A stretch of 64,000 nt of DNA from Hypanus sabinus (lineage: Eukaryota): the NCBI RefSeq assembly GCF_030144855.1, contig NC_082722.1, forward strand, positions 1,798,001-1,862,000, given 5' to 3'. The notes under the pieces are model-generated. The model made no database searches and had not been told where the DNA came from. It was given only the letters and a program-made list of their open reading frames with translations. This document shows positions 12,070 to 23,519 of this stretch, piece by piece. The stretch's first letter is position 1. Each line of letters begins with the position of its first letter. Position numbers and translations under genes: made by a program.

Positions 12070-13511
12070 TGTATCAACTTTACTATTGCAAGTATTTGTT
12101 CGAAAAGTATGTGTACCTTTCGTGTATTGCGTTCTGCAAAAGCTATTTGGATTGAGGTGGTCCAATCAATGAGATGCGATTGGAGGTGTGGGTTGTAGAG
12201 GTGCCCTGTCCTGCGAAAAAGAGGACACAACGTCTGGTTGCTAACAAAGCCTGCACTTCTCAAGAAAGATCTGTTTATGTGCACCATGCCTCGATCGAAA
12301 CAACTTTCAGAGGACCTTAGAGAGAACCGTCAAGAAATATGAAGCTAGAAAACACTACAAAAACATTTTGAAAGACACGAGTATTCACCAGCCCACATAA
12401 GAAAACCATCTACAAATGGACGAAGCTCATAACTGTTACTAATCTCCCTAAGAGTGGACATCCTCGAAAGTTCACAGAAAGAGAAAAATCATGCAATTCT
12501 AAAGGACTTGAAAAGGAAACCAAGGGTGACAGAAAAAAGACCTGCAAAAATCTCTAGTACGTGCTAAGGTCTCAGTTCAGGTGCCCACTATAAGAAAAAA
12601 ACTGAACCCTACTGGTACACATTGAAGGATGGAAGAATACCATGGAGAAAATCACTTCCCTACCCACTCCCAAAAACATTGTTGCACGTGTCAAATTTGC
12701 AAAAGACCAACTGGATGTTGTATAACGCTTCTGGGATAATCTTCTGTGGAAAGATGAGACAAACGTTGAACTTTATTACAGATATACACATTGCTATGTT
12801 TGGAGGAAAAGGGGCACGGCATACTAATGCCAAGACCTCATCCCAAATGTGAAACATGGTGGAAGGAGCATCGTGGTTTTGAGTTCTGTTGCCTCCTCAG
12901 GGCTTGGACGGCTTGCAATTGTTGAGGGAATAGTGAATTCAAAATTGTATTAAGTCATTTTACAGATGAATGTCAGGGTGCAGTCCATTACTGGAAGCCT
13001 AATAGAAGTAGGATATTGCAACAAGACATTGATCCGAAAGACAAGAGTAAATGAACAACAGAGTAGTTTACAAAGAAGAAAAATCATGTTTTGGAATGGC
13101 CGAGCCTTAATCCTATAGAATTGTTGTGGAAGGACTTGAAGTAATCAGTTCATGCAAGGACAGGCCACTAACATCCCAGATTTGAAGTAGTTCTGTAAGC
13201 AGGAATAGTCTAAAATTCCTCTAAGGCAATGTGGAAGACTGATCAACAGTTACTGTAAATGTTTGGTTGAAGTTGTTACTGTAGAAGGAGGTCACTCCAG
13301 TTACTGAAAGCAAAAAATCACATACTTTTATCACAAATGCATAAAATAATGATGCATTTCTCAATAAACAAATGAACAAGTATAATGTTTTGTGCAATTC
13401 TGTTCTCCCTAACTAATTTTAGGAAGATCTTATCTCATTTTCGGTTATATTTCATATTTATGCAGAGATAGAGATAATTCTACAGGCTTCACAAATTTTC
13501 TAGCACCACTG
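12070..13511 (+). mobile_element. Tc1-family DNA transposon fossil (left end lost)
   Basis: Broken transposase from ATG 12286 (MPRSK..LSEDLR). Remnants include LWKDETNVEL (~12745), VKHGGRSI (~12850), QQDIDPK (~13020) and LEWP..NPIELLWKDL (~13090). The right terminus reads ..TTTTCTAGCACCACTG followed by TA (13512-13513). Confidence 0.88.
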
Positions 13512-13999
13512 TAAATCCATTATACTGAATTCATGACTTGCAACCCCTCCCCCCCCCCACTCAACATATTGGCCGAAAGCATTTCAGTTTGTACTCTGCT
13601 CTCTGTACCATCTGAATTGCTTGGATATTCTTGAATGTTCATGTAACTAAAATACTCCTCTATCACTTGTACTCGTATACTTGCTGATTCTTTCCCTCAA
13701 CAATTATCTTTTAATTTCTACTGTTGCCTACTTGAAGATCACCATCGCATTCTCGCCATCGATAGGCCATTTCCCTTCAAAATGAAAACAGTGAAGCCTT
13801 GTTTGGTGAAGTACTTCATGCGTCATCCTTGAGTACGGCTGCAATAGCTTAGGTAATCAGGTGTCAAATTATCGTCCAGGAGCAACGTTTATTATGCCAG
13901 AACCAGCTCCCTCCTCTCCCCATACATCTGGTCCCACCATCTTAGTATCTGGCAACCCATAATATGGTACTGTTGAATTGGCTGCATACTGCTCCTTCC

Positions 14000-14480
14000 T
14001 CATGTCTGGATGATTCCAGGAATGAAGGAGTTAACATATGAGGAACGCTTGGCAGCTTTAGGCCTGGACCCACTGGAATTTAGAAGAATGGGGTGGGGGT
14101 CTCATTAAATACTGCCGAATGTTGAAAGGACTAGATACTTTGGATATGGGGAGAGTATTTCTAATGATGGGGGTATCCAGAAGTAGAGGGCATAGTCTCA
14201 AAATTCAGGGACAACCTTTTAGGACAGAGGTAAGGCGTTTTTTTTTTGGCAGACTGCGGTGAATCGGGAATGCTCTACCACAGACTGCGGTGAAGGCCAC
14301 GTCCATGGGTATATTTAAGACAGAAAATGATAGTTTCCTGACATGCCAGGGCATCAATGGATATGGGTAGAAGGTATGTGTATGGAGTTGAGTAAGATCT
14401 GGGATCAGGCTTGATAGAATTGCGGAGCAGACTTGATGAACTGAATGGTCTAATTCGGCTCACAATTCTTATGGTCTTAT
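14000..14480 (+). mobile_element. CR1 3'-end fragment
   Basis: ATGATTCCAGGAATGAAGGAGTTAACATATGAGGAACG.. through the tail TCTTATGGTCTTATGG. Similar to 35400, 37880 and 45050. Confidence 0.75.
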
Positions 14481-16544
14481 GGTTTCTTATGGACATCGTA
14501 CACATCGGCATGCTCATTAGGTTTTCAACTTCTTTGGTGCAGTCTAGATCCAAGGAAGCATATATTACTTTCTGGGTGAAATACGGGAGTCTTTCATGAA
14601 ATTCAATGTTTTGTGTCAATTAAGTTTATTTACGAGTTTCCACATTCTCTTCGCTATTGCATATCAAAGTTAACTGGCGAATCATGCACTTACTATGTTG
14701 CTTCAGAACTTCTTGATTCTATGGTTGAAACAGATGGGGTATCATTGAATAAAATATCAATTGGTCCAAATATTCTGATCAACTTGCAGGAAGACTCATA
14801 CTTCTGCTAATCATTGAATTACAAAACTAATTTTTCATAACTCAAACAAGTCTCGATTGATGTTAAGAAAGAAATATGAAATCATAATAATGTGTCTAGT
14901 GGACCTTGCGCTGGTCTTTTTTTTAATCAAATGCATTGATAAGAGTATCCAAATTTATTTAGTCTCGAAACAGTTCAGTCAGAATGATTACAATCTCGAA
15001 CCTAGTTCACCTGAGGCAAATATTCTTTGTGGACAGAACAAAATTAAAACTCTGGTGAAGATGAAATTAAAATATCTATTTTTACCAAATCATATATTAT
15101 TAATATACTGTATATGAAAAAAAATTCTGTTTCGTTATGTGCATACTTATTTTATTCTAGATATGGTTTGTCCACGATGGGAACTCGGTAGGCTTGAATT
15201 TGAAATTTCAGTTTAGATAGAGGCAGAAAAGACTGCATGCGCTGAAATCTGGAGTATACAATTGATAAAGTGAATGGGCTCAGGGAATCCAGCATTATCT
15301 GGGGGAATGTTAGGGATCGTCGATATTTGAGTCGAGATTCGGTATCTGGATTTGTGGCTCCTGATAGTGGTGCATTTTTGGAACATTCGTTTCTGATCAC
15401 AAACATTGCTGTCCAGCTGAACTCCCCCAGCAAAATAATTGCCGCTTTAGTTTTAAGTAAAATGAGTTAGGCTTTAACAAATTGGTCATATTTTCGGTGT
15501 TTTGTCAAAGGAAGTAGAAAGCTAATAAATTGGCCATATGCTATGTTCATCCTCATGTTCATTCACAGAATGTCTCTTCGCATCTGCTGGGAAGTAAAAT
15601 ATGATGAATCGACAAGCAAGAGGGTGAATTTTAATACTGGATGCAGATATCATGTACTAATGGTATGTTGGATGATCTTTCACGATATACCATATGGAAG
15701 CTAAATCTGTCTTCTGTGTGTCGTGTTCCTTTCGATGAATCTGGACGCTTTTTTTCATCTTAGAGTTCAGAGTCTGAGATCTCTGAGGTACGAGGCAATA
15801 CATCTTGAGGCAAAGCAAGGGTGTAACCAAATCTTATCACCAAACTTGTATGCATCATCAACAATCATATTTACAACGCTTCTGTTTCTGTCGTCATTTC
15901 ACGTGCTTGTACTTCCTTCAAGAAAGAACATGGAACGTAACGAAACACAGCAGATGAACCGGCCCTTTGGTCTACTGAATTAATTGACATAGTAATAAAA
16001 AATCTAACTGAACCCATCCCATATCCCTCCACTTTCGGACACCCGTGCACCCATCTAACAGCATCTTAATCGATTCCACGACCAACTCGGCAGCACAGTG
16101 TTGTGCAAATCTCAGTCTTCCGAGCTATATCTATATATTTTCCTCAGTACTGTATTTGTCAACGTGGAGCAGTGAGCGAGTTTATAAACCTGGCGGGAGA
16201 CAAGGATATTGGGAGTAACGAGGGTGGAGCACCACGGGAGTGGTATGGGGCGGGTACAGTGAAGGAGAACAGGGGGAGGGTGTGGTGCGGAGCAAACACA
16301 ACCAGCCCTGAGACAGCAAGCAAGGTCATTTGATTACGAACATTTGATTTATTGGTCATTACAAAATGTCTCTCTGGTACTTTCCACCCCATCCCCTCTC
16401 TATTCCCTTTTCTTAATTATGATTCGCCTCTCACTGACCTTTGCCACAATAGAGACCTATAGCAGCATCAGGTTTATCATCCCTACAACAAAAAAATGTT
16501 GGCTTTTGTTTGTGACAACAGTATAGTGCAATACATAGTATTAA

Positions 16545-16629
16545 TACAATACTGTGCAAAAGTGTTAGACACTCTAGCTATATGCAGTATATATATTTAT
16601 ATGTGCCGAAAACATTTACTCAGTGCTGT
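16545..16629. repeat. Short imperfect inverted repeat (MITE/TIR-like hairpin with an AT-rich loop)
   Basis: Arm ACAATACTGTGCAAAAGTGTTAGACAC pairs at about 19/27 positions with arm GTGCCGAAAACATTTACTCAGTGCTGT. Confidence 0.45.
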
Positions 16630-17329
16630 CCATACCAGGCACCAATTGTTTTCGGTGTAAAAATAAACGTGCTGCTCACGTCTTCCTTCCACTAGCCCCT
16701 CCTCACCTTAAGTTCATGTTCTGTAATATTACACACTGACGATGTAAAAATGTACATCTACACTATTCATGCCTCCTATAATCTTGTAAACCCCGTAGCT
16801 TTCACCTCAGCCATTGCCGCTCCAGAGCAAACAACCCATATGGTCAACCTTTCCTTAAAGCATATGGCTTCTATCCCAGTCTGCATCCTTGTAAACCTCT
16901 TCACACATCTCAAAATGTTCCACATCCCCCATTCATCATGGAGATGAGAACTTCAGATGCAGTCTAACTAGCGTTTTAGGAGACACAGCATAGTTCTGCA
17001 ACTCTTGAACTCGATGACTTGATTAATAAGGGCAAGTAATTTAGATGACCTATTTTCCATCTTCTCAACGCGTTCAACCATTTCCAGGGGGCTATGCGTT
17101 TAGGCCTCAAGATCACGCTGCAGATCAACTTTGTTAAGGGTCTTCCTACTAAAGTCTATAGACCCTTTACATCTAATCTCCCAAAGTATTACAATTTACA
17201 ATTGGCTGGATTAAATTCTAGCTGCTATTTTTCTTTCGGTCTTTAACTGATACACAGCCTATGTTTCTTTTGGTCGTTACATACACTGTCCAAAATACGT
17301 AAGGGTTATTTGAAATCGGTGTCACTTAT

Positions 17330-18507
17330 GCCAAATCCTGTACACTGATTTCAGTTTAGCGTTCAATACCATCATCCCGCAGAGACTAGTGGAGAAACTG
17401 TCGCTGCTTGGCCTTAACACTGCCATGTGTCGCTGGATTCTGGATTTCTTGACAGTGCAACCACAGTCAGTCCGTGTTGGCAGGAACATCTGTGACTCCA
17501 TCACACTGAGCAATGGATCCCCACAAGGCTGTGTGCTCAGCCCACTGCTGTTTCCACTGCTAACACATGACTGTGCAGCCAGATTCAAGGAGAACTTGAT
17601 CATTAAATTTGCTGATGATACCACAGTGGTGGGGCTCATCAGCAAAAATGATGAAACAATGTACGGGGAGGAGGTTAAGCACCTAGAGAGCTGGTGCAGT
17701 GACAACAACTTGATGCTTAATGTCACCAAAACCGAGGAGATGATCGTCGATTTCAGACGGTCTCAGCCTGAGCACACACCCCTCAGCACAAGCGGCTCCA
17801 CAATGGAGAGAGTGGAAAACATCAAGTTCCTTGTGGTGCAGATCTCGGACAATCTCACCTGCTCCAGGAATACCACTGGGACTGTGAAACGAGCCCAGCA
17901 GAGATTGCACTTTCTGAGGAAGCTTAAATAAGCTTCACTCCCCACTAACATCTTAACTACATTCTACAGAGGAGTGGTAGAGAGTGTGCTGACCTTTTGC
18001 ATCACAACCTGGTACTCCAGCTGCAGTGCTGTCGATGAAAAAGCCTTGCAGCGGGTGGTTAGGGGAGCAGAGAAGGTTATTAGTGTCTCCTTACCTTCTG
18101 TCCAAGACCTCTTTCAGAGTCGATGCCTCCAGAAGACACGGTACATCATTAAAGAACCCGCACACCCTCTCCATGAACTGTTTGTTCTTCTGCCATCAGA
18201 TAAGTGTTACAGGAGCAACAAAACTTAAACCACAAGGCTACTAAACAGCAACCTCCCACAGGCTGTCAGACTGCTAAATGTCTGCTCTACCTGACTCTGC
18301 TTTGGACACTTTTAACTTGCACTGGACACTTACAACTTGATTTTAACTGACATGTGGTTGTTGTGTTTTACTATTTATTGTTATGTTTATTATTTAGTGT
18401 TGCGTTTGTTATGTTATGATTGCACTTCTCCTGGGAAACGCTGTCTCATTCTGCCCTGCAGAGCTGATGTACGGTTAGAATGACAATAAAGTTTTTGAAT
18501 CTTGAAT
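17330..18507 (+). mobile_element. 5'-truncated Rex1/Babar-type non-LTR retrotransposon
   Basis: ORF 17389-17931 has RT motifs [51 protein letters not shown]. The tail is GACAATAAAG..TGAATCTTGAA. Confidence 0.88.
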
Positions 18508-19099
18508 GTTGTTAACTGATGGAACAGAGACTATATGAGGTGGTTTTGTCTGATTTGTGTTTGGACTCTCCCTGCAGCGGAGGGCACAGACGACAGTCAC
18601 GTCTCTATGGAAATGATGACCAACCGTGAGCTCAAGATGGCCATTGCAGGCATAGCCCAGGTGAGATAGACTGCGCTCAGATGCATCTTCCTTAACTTCC
18701 TTGGATAGCTTTGACTGTCGTCGCTAACTCTCCTCTTTACTGGGATCAATATTTTCCCATGTGACCGGAACTACCTCCTTATATGTTTGTATATGTTTTC
18801 TTACTTCCTTATTTGCCTGTTCTTTGGTAAGTGCGTCCTTCCGTTGGTGAGGAAGCAACAACAGTAAACAAATTTCTATTGCAGTTTCTAACCGGGCCTC
18901 ACATAATTCCATCTACATCGTCGTACTCTTGCTATGAAGGCGACAATACTGTTTTCCCTTCTTCTTCTGCTTGTTGGTAAATTTCCTTGTCCTGTGCAGG
19001 CCGCAATCAGTCTTAGCAATAACCAATTTTTCGGTGTTTAATCGTACTTCATTCTATTCTGCTTGGTGTAACGAAGTGAACGAATTTATACTTGCTCAC

Positions 19100-20450
19100 A
19101 CTGCATTTCTCTGTTATTTACTCGTACGCTCACTTAGTTAGTCCAAATCCCCACAAACCTTCCATCATCAGCACTCGCAAATGGCATATGTGGCATTGTC
19201 AGCAAACTAGAGCTCATGTCAACTTGCGTCGATATGTTCTAATTCCCTTCCCCAACACGTTTTTTTCACTATGGACGTTTAGTCCCTGTATCCTTCTATC
19301 TCTCATTGGGAAGGACGCGGAGCTCGCTGTTTCTTTCTGGAACGCTGAACCAAAGATTTCCCCTTAACAAAACGTTGCTGCATCTGGCAGAGATTGTGCT
19401 TACTCTGAACAAACTTTGCATCAGCTCCCCGTATTTTAAGAACTGAAACTTGCAGCGACAGACGCAAATGATTTACGGGTGCATCTTTGTTGGCGACATG
19501 AAGCAGTCCTGATTCCAAACTACACTGACACCTCACTCCAACTATTCTTCCACTGGATTGATGGTTGAGTTGATGCCTCTTTTTGTACCCGAGATGAGCT
19601 GCTGAAGTTTATCAATTTTGCTTCCCAATATCCCCGCCCTCAAATTTACTTATGCCGTTTTCAACACCTCTGTCACCTTCCTGGATCTCAATAGACATAT
19701 GCTTCCACCTCCGGAGACATACTATCCAGCGACATCGACGACGAACCCACTGATTCCCACAACTACGTTGACTACATCTTCCACCATGCCCCTCACAGGA
19801 CATCAGTCTTTTATCTCAGTCGTACCAAATATTCTGTTGTCGAGATGATTACCTCTACTCCAGAAGGCATCCGAGATATCCTCCTGTGTCAGAAAAAAAT
19901 GTGTTTCGCTCCTAACCAGCACGTACTCTATTTCCTACACCTGCTTTCAGCTACACACAGATCGGGGACAGTTTCCATCGTCCTCAGATAACATCTCAAC
20001 AGCTTACGGACTCAAAATATCATCAGTTACGACTTCCGACATCACATTGGTATCTCGTCAACAAACACAACCTTCTTTTCTTCGCTTTCCGCCGAATTCC
20101 CGAGCACTCCCGCCCCCCCCCCCACACGCTCACCTTTGCTATGCAGCTTCCAGACCTGCCTTAAACTGTTCCTTCACCGCCATCTAAGACCTAACAGTCC
20201 TTCCAGATCAAGCAGTCTTACACGATAAATATGCTTTTTAAAATTGCATCCGGTGCTGCGTGTTTGGCCGGATGCAAACTGCGCGCCCGCTTCGCTGACT
20301 ACCTTTGCTTTGTCCGGCGTAAACATCTGAATCCCCTAATAGATAGTCATTCAGTTCCCCCCACTGTTCTCACGCAGAAAGGTCTATCCTCCGATTCTTC
20401 CTGGGAATCATTGCGCTCAGTTTGAAGAGCAACCCACACATGTGTATTAT
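19100..20450 (+). mobile_element. Heavily decayed Penelope-like element (RT + GIY-YIG)
   Basis: Remnants of LLHLAEIVLTLN (~19375), FINFAS..PALKFT..SVTFLDL (~19610-19690), DSHNYVDYIF (~19755) and the endonuclease region (~20200-20340). Confidence 0.7.
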
Positions 20451-22493
20451 CCCATATTCCTTCAATAGAACAGAGAATATTACAGCACAGCGCAGGAACT
20501 TCAGCCCACGACGTCTAACGACCTTTTAACTACTTTGAAATCAATCTAACGTCTGCTTCCTCAATAACTCCGCATTTTCCTATCATTCATGTTCTACTAT
20601 CAACCCTGACAGGGCCTTCCACCCACACAGGAAACTAAGCGTAAACTACTTACCTCTGACTTTTTTCCGAACAATTTAAATTTATTTCTTCTCATCTTAA
20701 TCATTTCTGTCTTGGAAATATGTCTCTGACTATCCACTCTCTGCTTTTAGTCATTGTACAGCACAGTAAATTAACCTTTCTCCTCCTCCGATCCAAACAG
20801 AAGCGCCCTCGTTTACTCAACCTACCCTCATAAGACCAGCACTTCCATTCAGGCAATATTTTGGTCAACATCCCCCTGCAACCACCGGAAAGTATCCACC
20901 TGCCTCCTATTAAAAGTGATCAGAATACTTCAAGTGTGATATAACCAGAATTTTAAAGAACAGGAATATTATCTCGCAGCTCTTAAACTCAATCCCCCGA
21001 CTAATGCAAATGAACAAGCTAACAAGCTAACGTTTTCATAACAACCCGATCAACTTTCACTACAACACTGAGGTGCATATGGACGTGCCATGCAAGGTCC
21101 CTCTGTTCCTTCACACCTTCAATCACTCTCCAGAAAAAAAAACGAATGCTCCCAATATCTCAAGCCTGATGAAAATTTCCGCACGGTCCTCCTCTCTTTT
21201 TTTAATGCCGCCTTCGCTCTCGTTAACACTTTCAAAAAGTCGACCTGCATTTACCTGGACAACTACTGCAATCATAATATCGGTAATTTGTATTAACAGA
21301 TGGTGTGCCTGAGCAGCTGTGCAACCGGTCGGACAATTTCTTAAAAATTAACATGACTGCATTGCGCGCCATTTGTGATTATATTAAGCGTGCCAGTCGC
21401 GAGTTTATACTTAATTTAGTCATTGTGCCGTACCCGATATAAGCATTTAGGAGGAATGTCAGTTTAGCAAGGTTATATTGTATTGAGCTCCACTACAAAG
21501 ACTATTTTACTTCACTATTTAGTCTTTACAAAAAAGTCTAGATTTCGGTAATCATTGTTTCGTGCGGTATTACGTTTAAATTTGTCAATACCTATTTGTT
21601 GACTTTGGGGAATGTCATGCTGCCGTACCAGGAAGCAGAGATCTTAGGGCCTGGAAAGCGAACCGCAAGCGTAGTGAGACCTCTCGGTCGCCATAGGAGA
21701 ATCGAACCGAATGATACTCTATGTTTCTGCATGACGCTGTATGATTCCATACTTAAATCACTCTTGTACAATCTTTAATTTTCGCATACCTACTCAACGT
21801 CTGCACGTACTACCCGACAAAACAATTTGGTGAATATTCACTGCCCACATTTTACCTCAATTATACAGATCGAGGACCGATGAAAATTCCGGCAGTTTTA
21901 AACATTTGCGCTCATACGAAGGACCCACATAATCCCCAAGATATACATTCGTTTACTGGAATTGTGGCTTTAGAGATACGTGCACAAAGATACCTGGGTA
22001 CCTTTAAAGTTAACTTTTCCTACCATTCTTAATCTTACCATTAAAATATGATCAACCTTCGTGTATAGCGTCTCTGCTGAAGTACATAGCATCCATTTTC
22101 TATTACGTTACACCACCTGCCATGGTATTGGCGATTGGATCAGTCATTGTTCACCTAAACTGTGATCACATTTCGACGAAGTTCTGAGCAAAACTGCAAA
22201 ATGGAAAAGTTAATCTCGTACCCTGGGCAAAAATATTATTGCGAATCATGAATCAACCCGGTTCATCGAAGGCACAGTTTCTATTCCATTGGTCATCGCC
22301 TACCAACATGCTTCTGTATTTTAAGTTTTTGAATTCTAAAGATTAAGCAACTTGTCATAAATGCGTCGCATTAATCGCTAATCATATGTTATTTTTACAA
22401 ACGTCCGAGCTGTAAACTGACTGAACCCTTCGGACTACTCAAATAAATCAAAGGTTGTTATACCCCAACAATCCCACACCACATACCCATCTT

Positions 22494-22637
22494 CACCGCC
22501 TAACACAGATATTTAATACTTAATTTGTATACTGTCTCTATCTCTGATCCATCTCTCTCTCTCTCTCTCTGTCTCTCTCCCCTACCGCCTAACAGATATT
22601 TAATAATTAATTTCTATACTGTATCTCTGATTCTTCC

Positions 22638-22680
<43 letters not shown>
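22494..22680. repeat. Tandem duplication (~90 bp x2) of a unit ending in a (CT)n microsatellite
   Basis: ACCGCCTAAC(AC)AGATATTTAATA.TTAATTT.TATACTGT.TCT occurs at ~22495 and ~22584, each time followed by CT repeats. Confidence 0.85.
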
Positions 22681-22681
<1 letters not shown>

Positions 22682-23326
22682 CACCTCTATCTTGCTGTTC
22701 TGATCAGAATTTGAAACTTTGGAATAAAATATCAAAGTTATGTTGTTTGAAAGCCCCGGATATAAATAATTCGGTGCTGGGGATTCATCAATTCTCGGCT
22801 TGATATTTCCTCTAAGGTTTTGATAGAGCGTTCTTTTCCTCTATCAGTTGAAGTCAATTCTTTATGCGACAACAGTTATTGAAAGCTCCTGTGAACTCCT
22901 ACGAAGGCAGAGGTAATAGGATCAATTCATTTTCACTCTAACAACATGTGTTTTTCGTTTTTCACATATACACTGAAACCACATCAGTGTATCTTCAGAA
23001 TCAGAATCCGAATCAGCTTTATTATCACCGGCATGTGACGCGAAATTAATTAGCTTAGCAGCAGCAGTTCAATGCAATACATCATGTAACAGAAAGAGAA
23101 AAAACCCACAATAAATGAACACGTAAATAAATTACTGTCGCGTTACTCTCGCATTCGATTTCCATTTCTCAAAGTATTTCATAACATCTGAGAACGCCAA
23201 TCGGAATTGTGATTTGAGTGAAGCTACGTGAAACCGGATCTTTTCAAGAGATACAAATGTTTTCTGTCCTGTTAACATCAGTTACATGTACCCAGCATGC
23301 AACTTTAGACGGTTTTTTTTGTTTGC

Positions 23327-23361
23327 CACTGTGACGTAAAGTGAAACAAAGGCATCAGTTG
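23327..23361 (+). promoter_or_regulatory. Candidate proximal promoter cluster of the IgSF gene
   Basis: TGACGTAA (CRE/ATF-like, 23332-23339), AAAGTGAAAC (IRF-type, 23338-23347), AACAAAG (TCF/LEF/SOX-type, 23345-23351) and CAGTTG (E-box, 23356-23361) lie 105-135 bp upstream of the ATG. Confidence 0.4.
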
Positions 23362-23464
23362 CAACATTTCCATCAGGCACCCTTAAAGCTTCCTTTCATT
23401 GCGTTATTTGACTGAGCCGCTGACAGACAGTTAACACTGTTCGATTTCATCGACTTTGTTAAAA

Positions 23465-23519
23465 ATGCACATATTTTACCTGCTGCAGTATCTCTTAGCC
23501 CTGCAGATTACTTACAATG
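23465..23519 (+). CDS. Exon 1, signal peptide MHIFYLLQYLLALQITYN
   Basis: ATG in AAAAATGC context, hydrophobic 18-mer, phase-1 donor G|GTATGT, and a 225-bp intron to the V exon. Confidence 0.75.

Noticed and set aside
18793-18976. Two more leader-like mini-ORFs with phase-1 donors (MFSYFLICLFF G|GTAAGT; MKATILFSLLLLLV G|GTAAAT)
   Set aside because: T-rich DNA yields hydrophobic codons by chance, and a better-placed leader with promoter motifs lies 225 bp from the V exon. They cannot be excluded as alternative first exons without RNA data.
23311-23333. GGTTTTTTTTGT...CACTGTG looks like a reversed RSS (nonamer + heptamer) upstream of the leader
   Set aside because: The spacer is only 4-7 bp rather than 12 or 23, and it lies in the promoter, not next to a coding segment.
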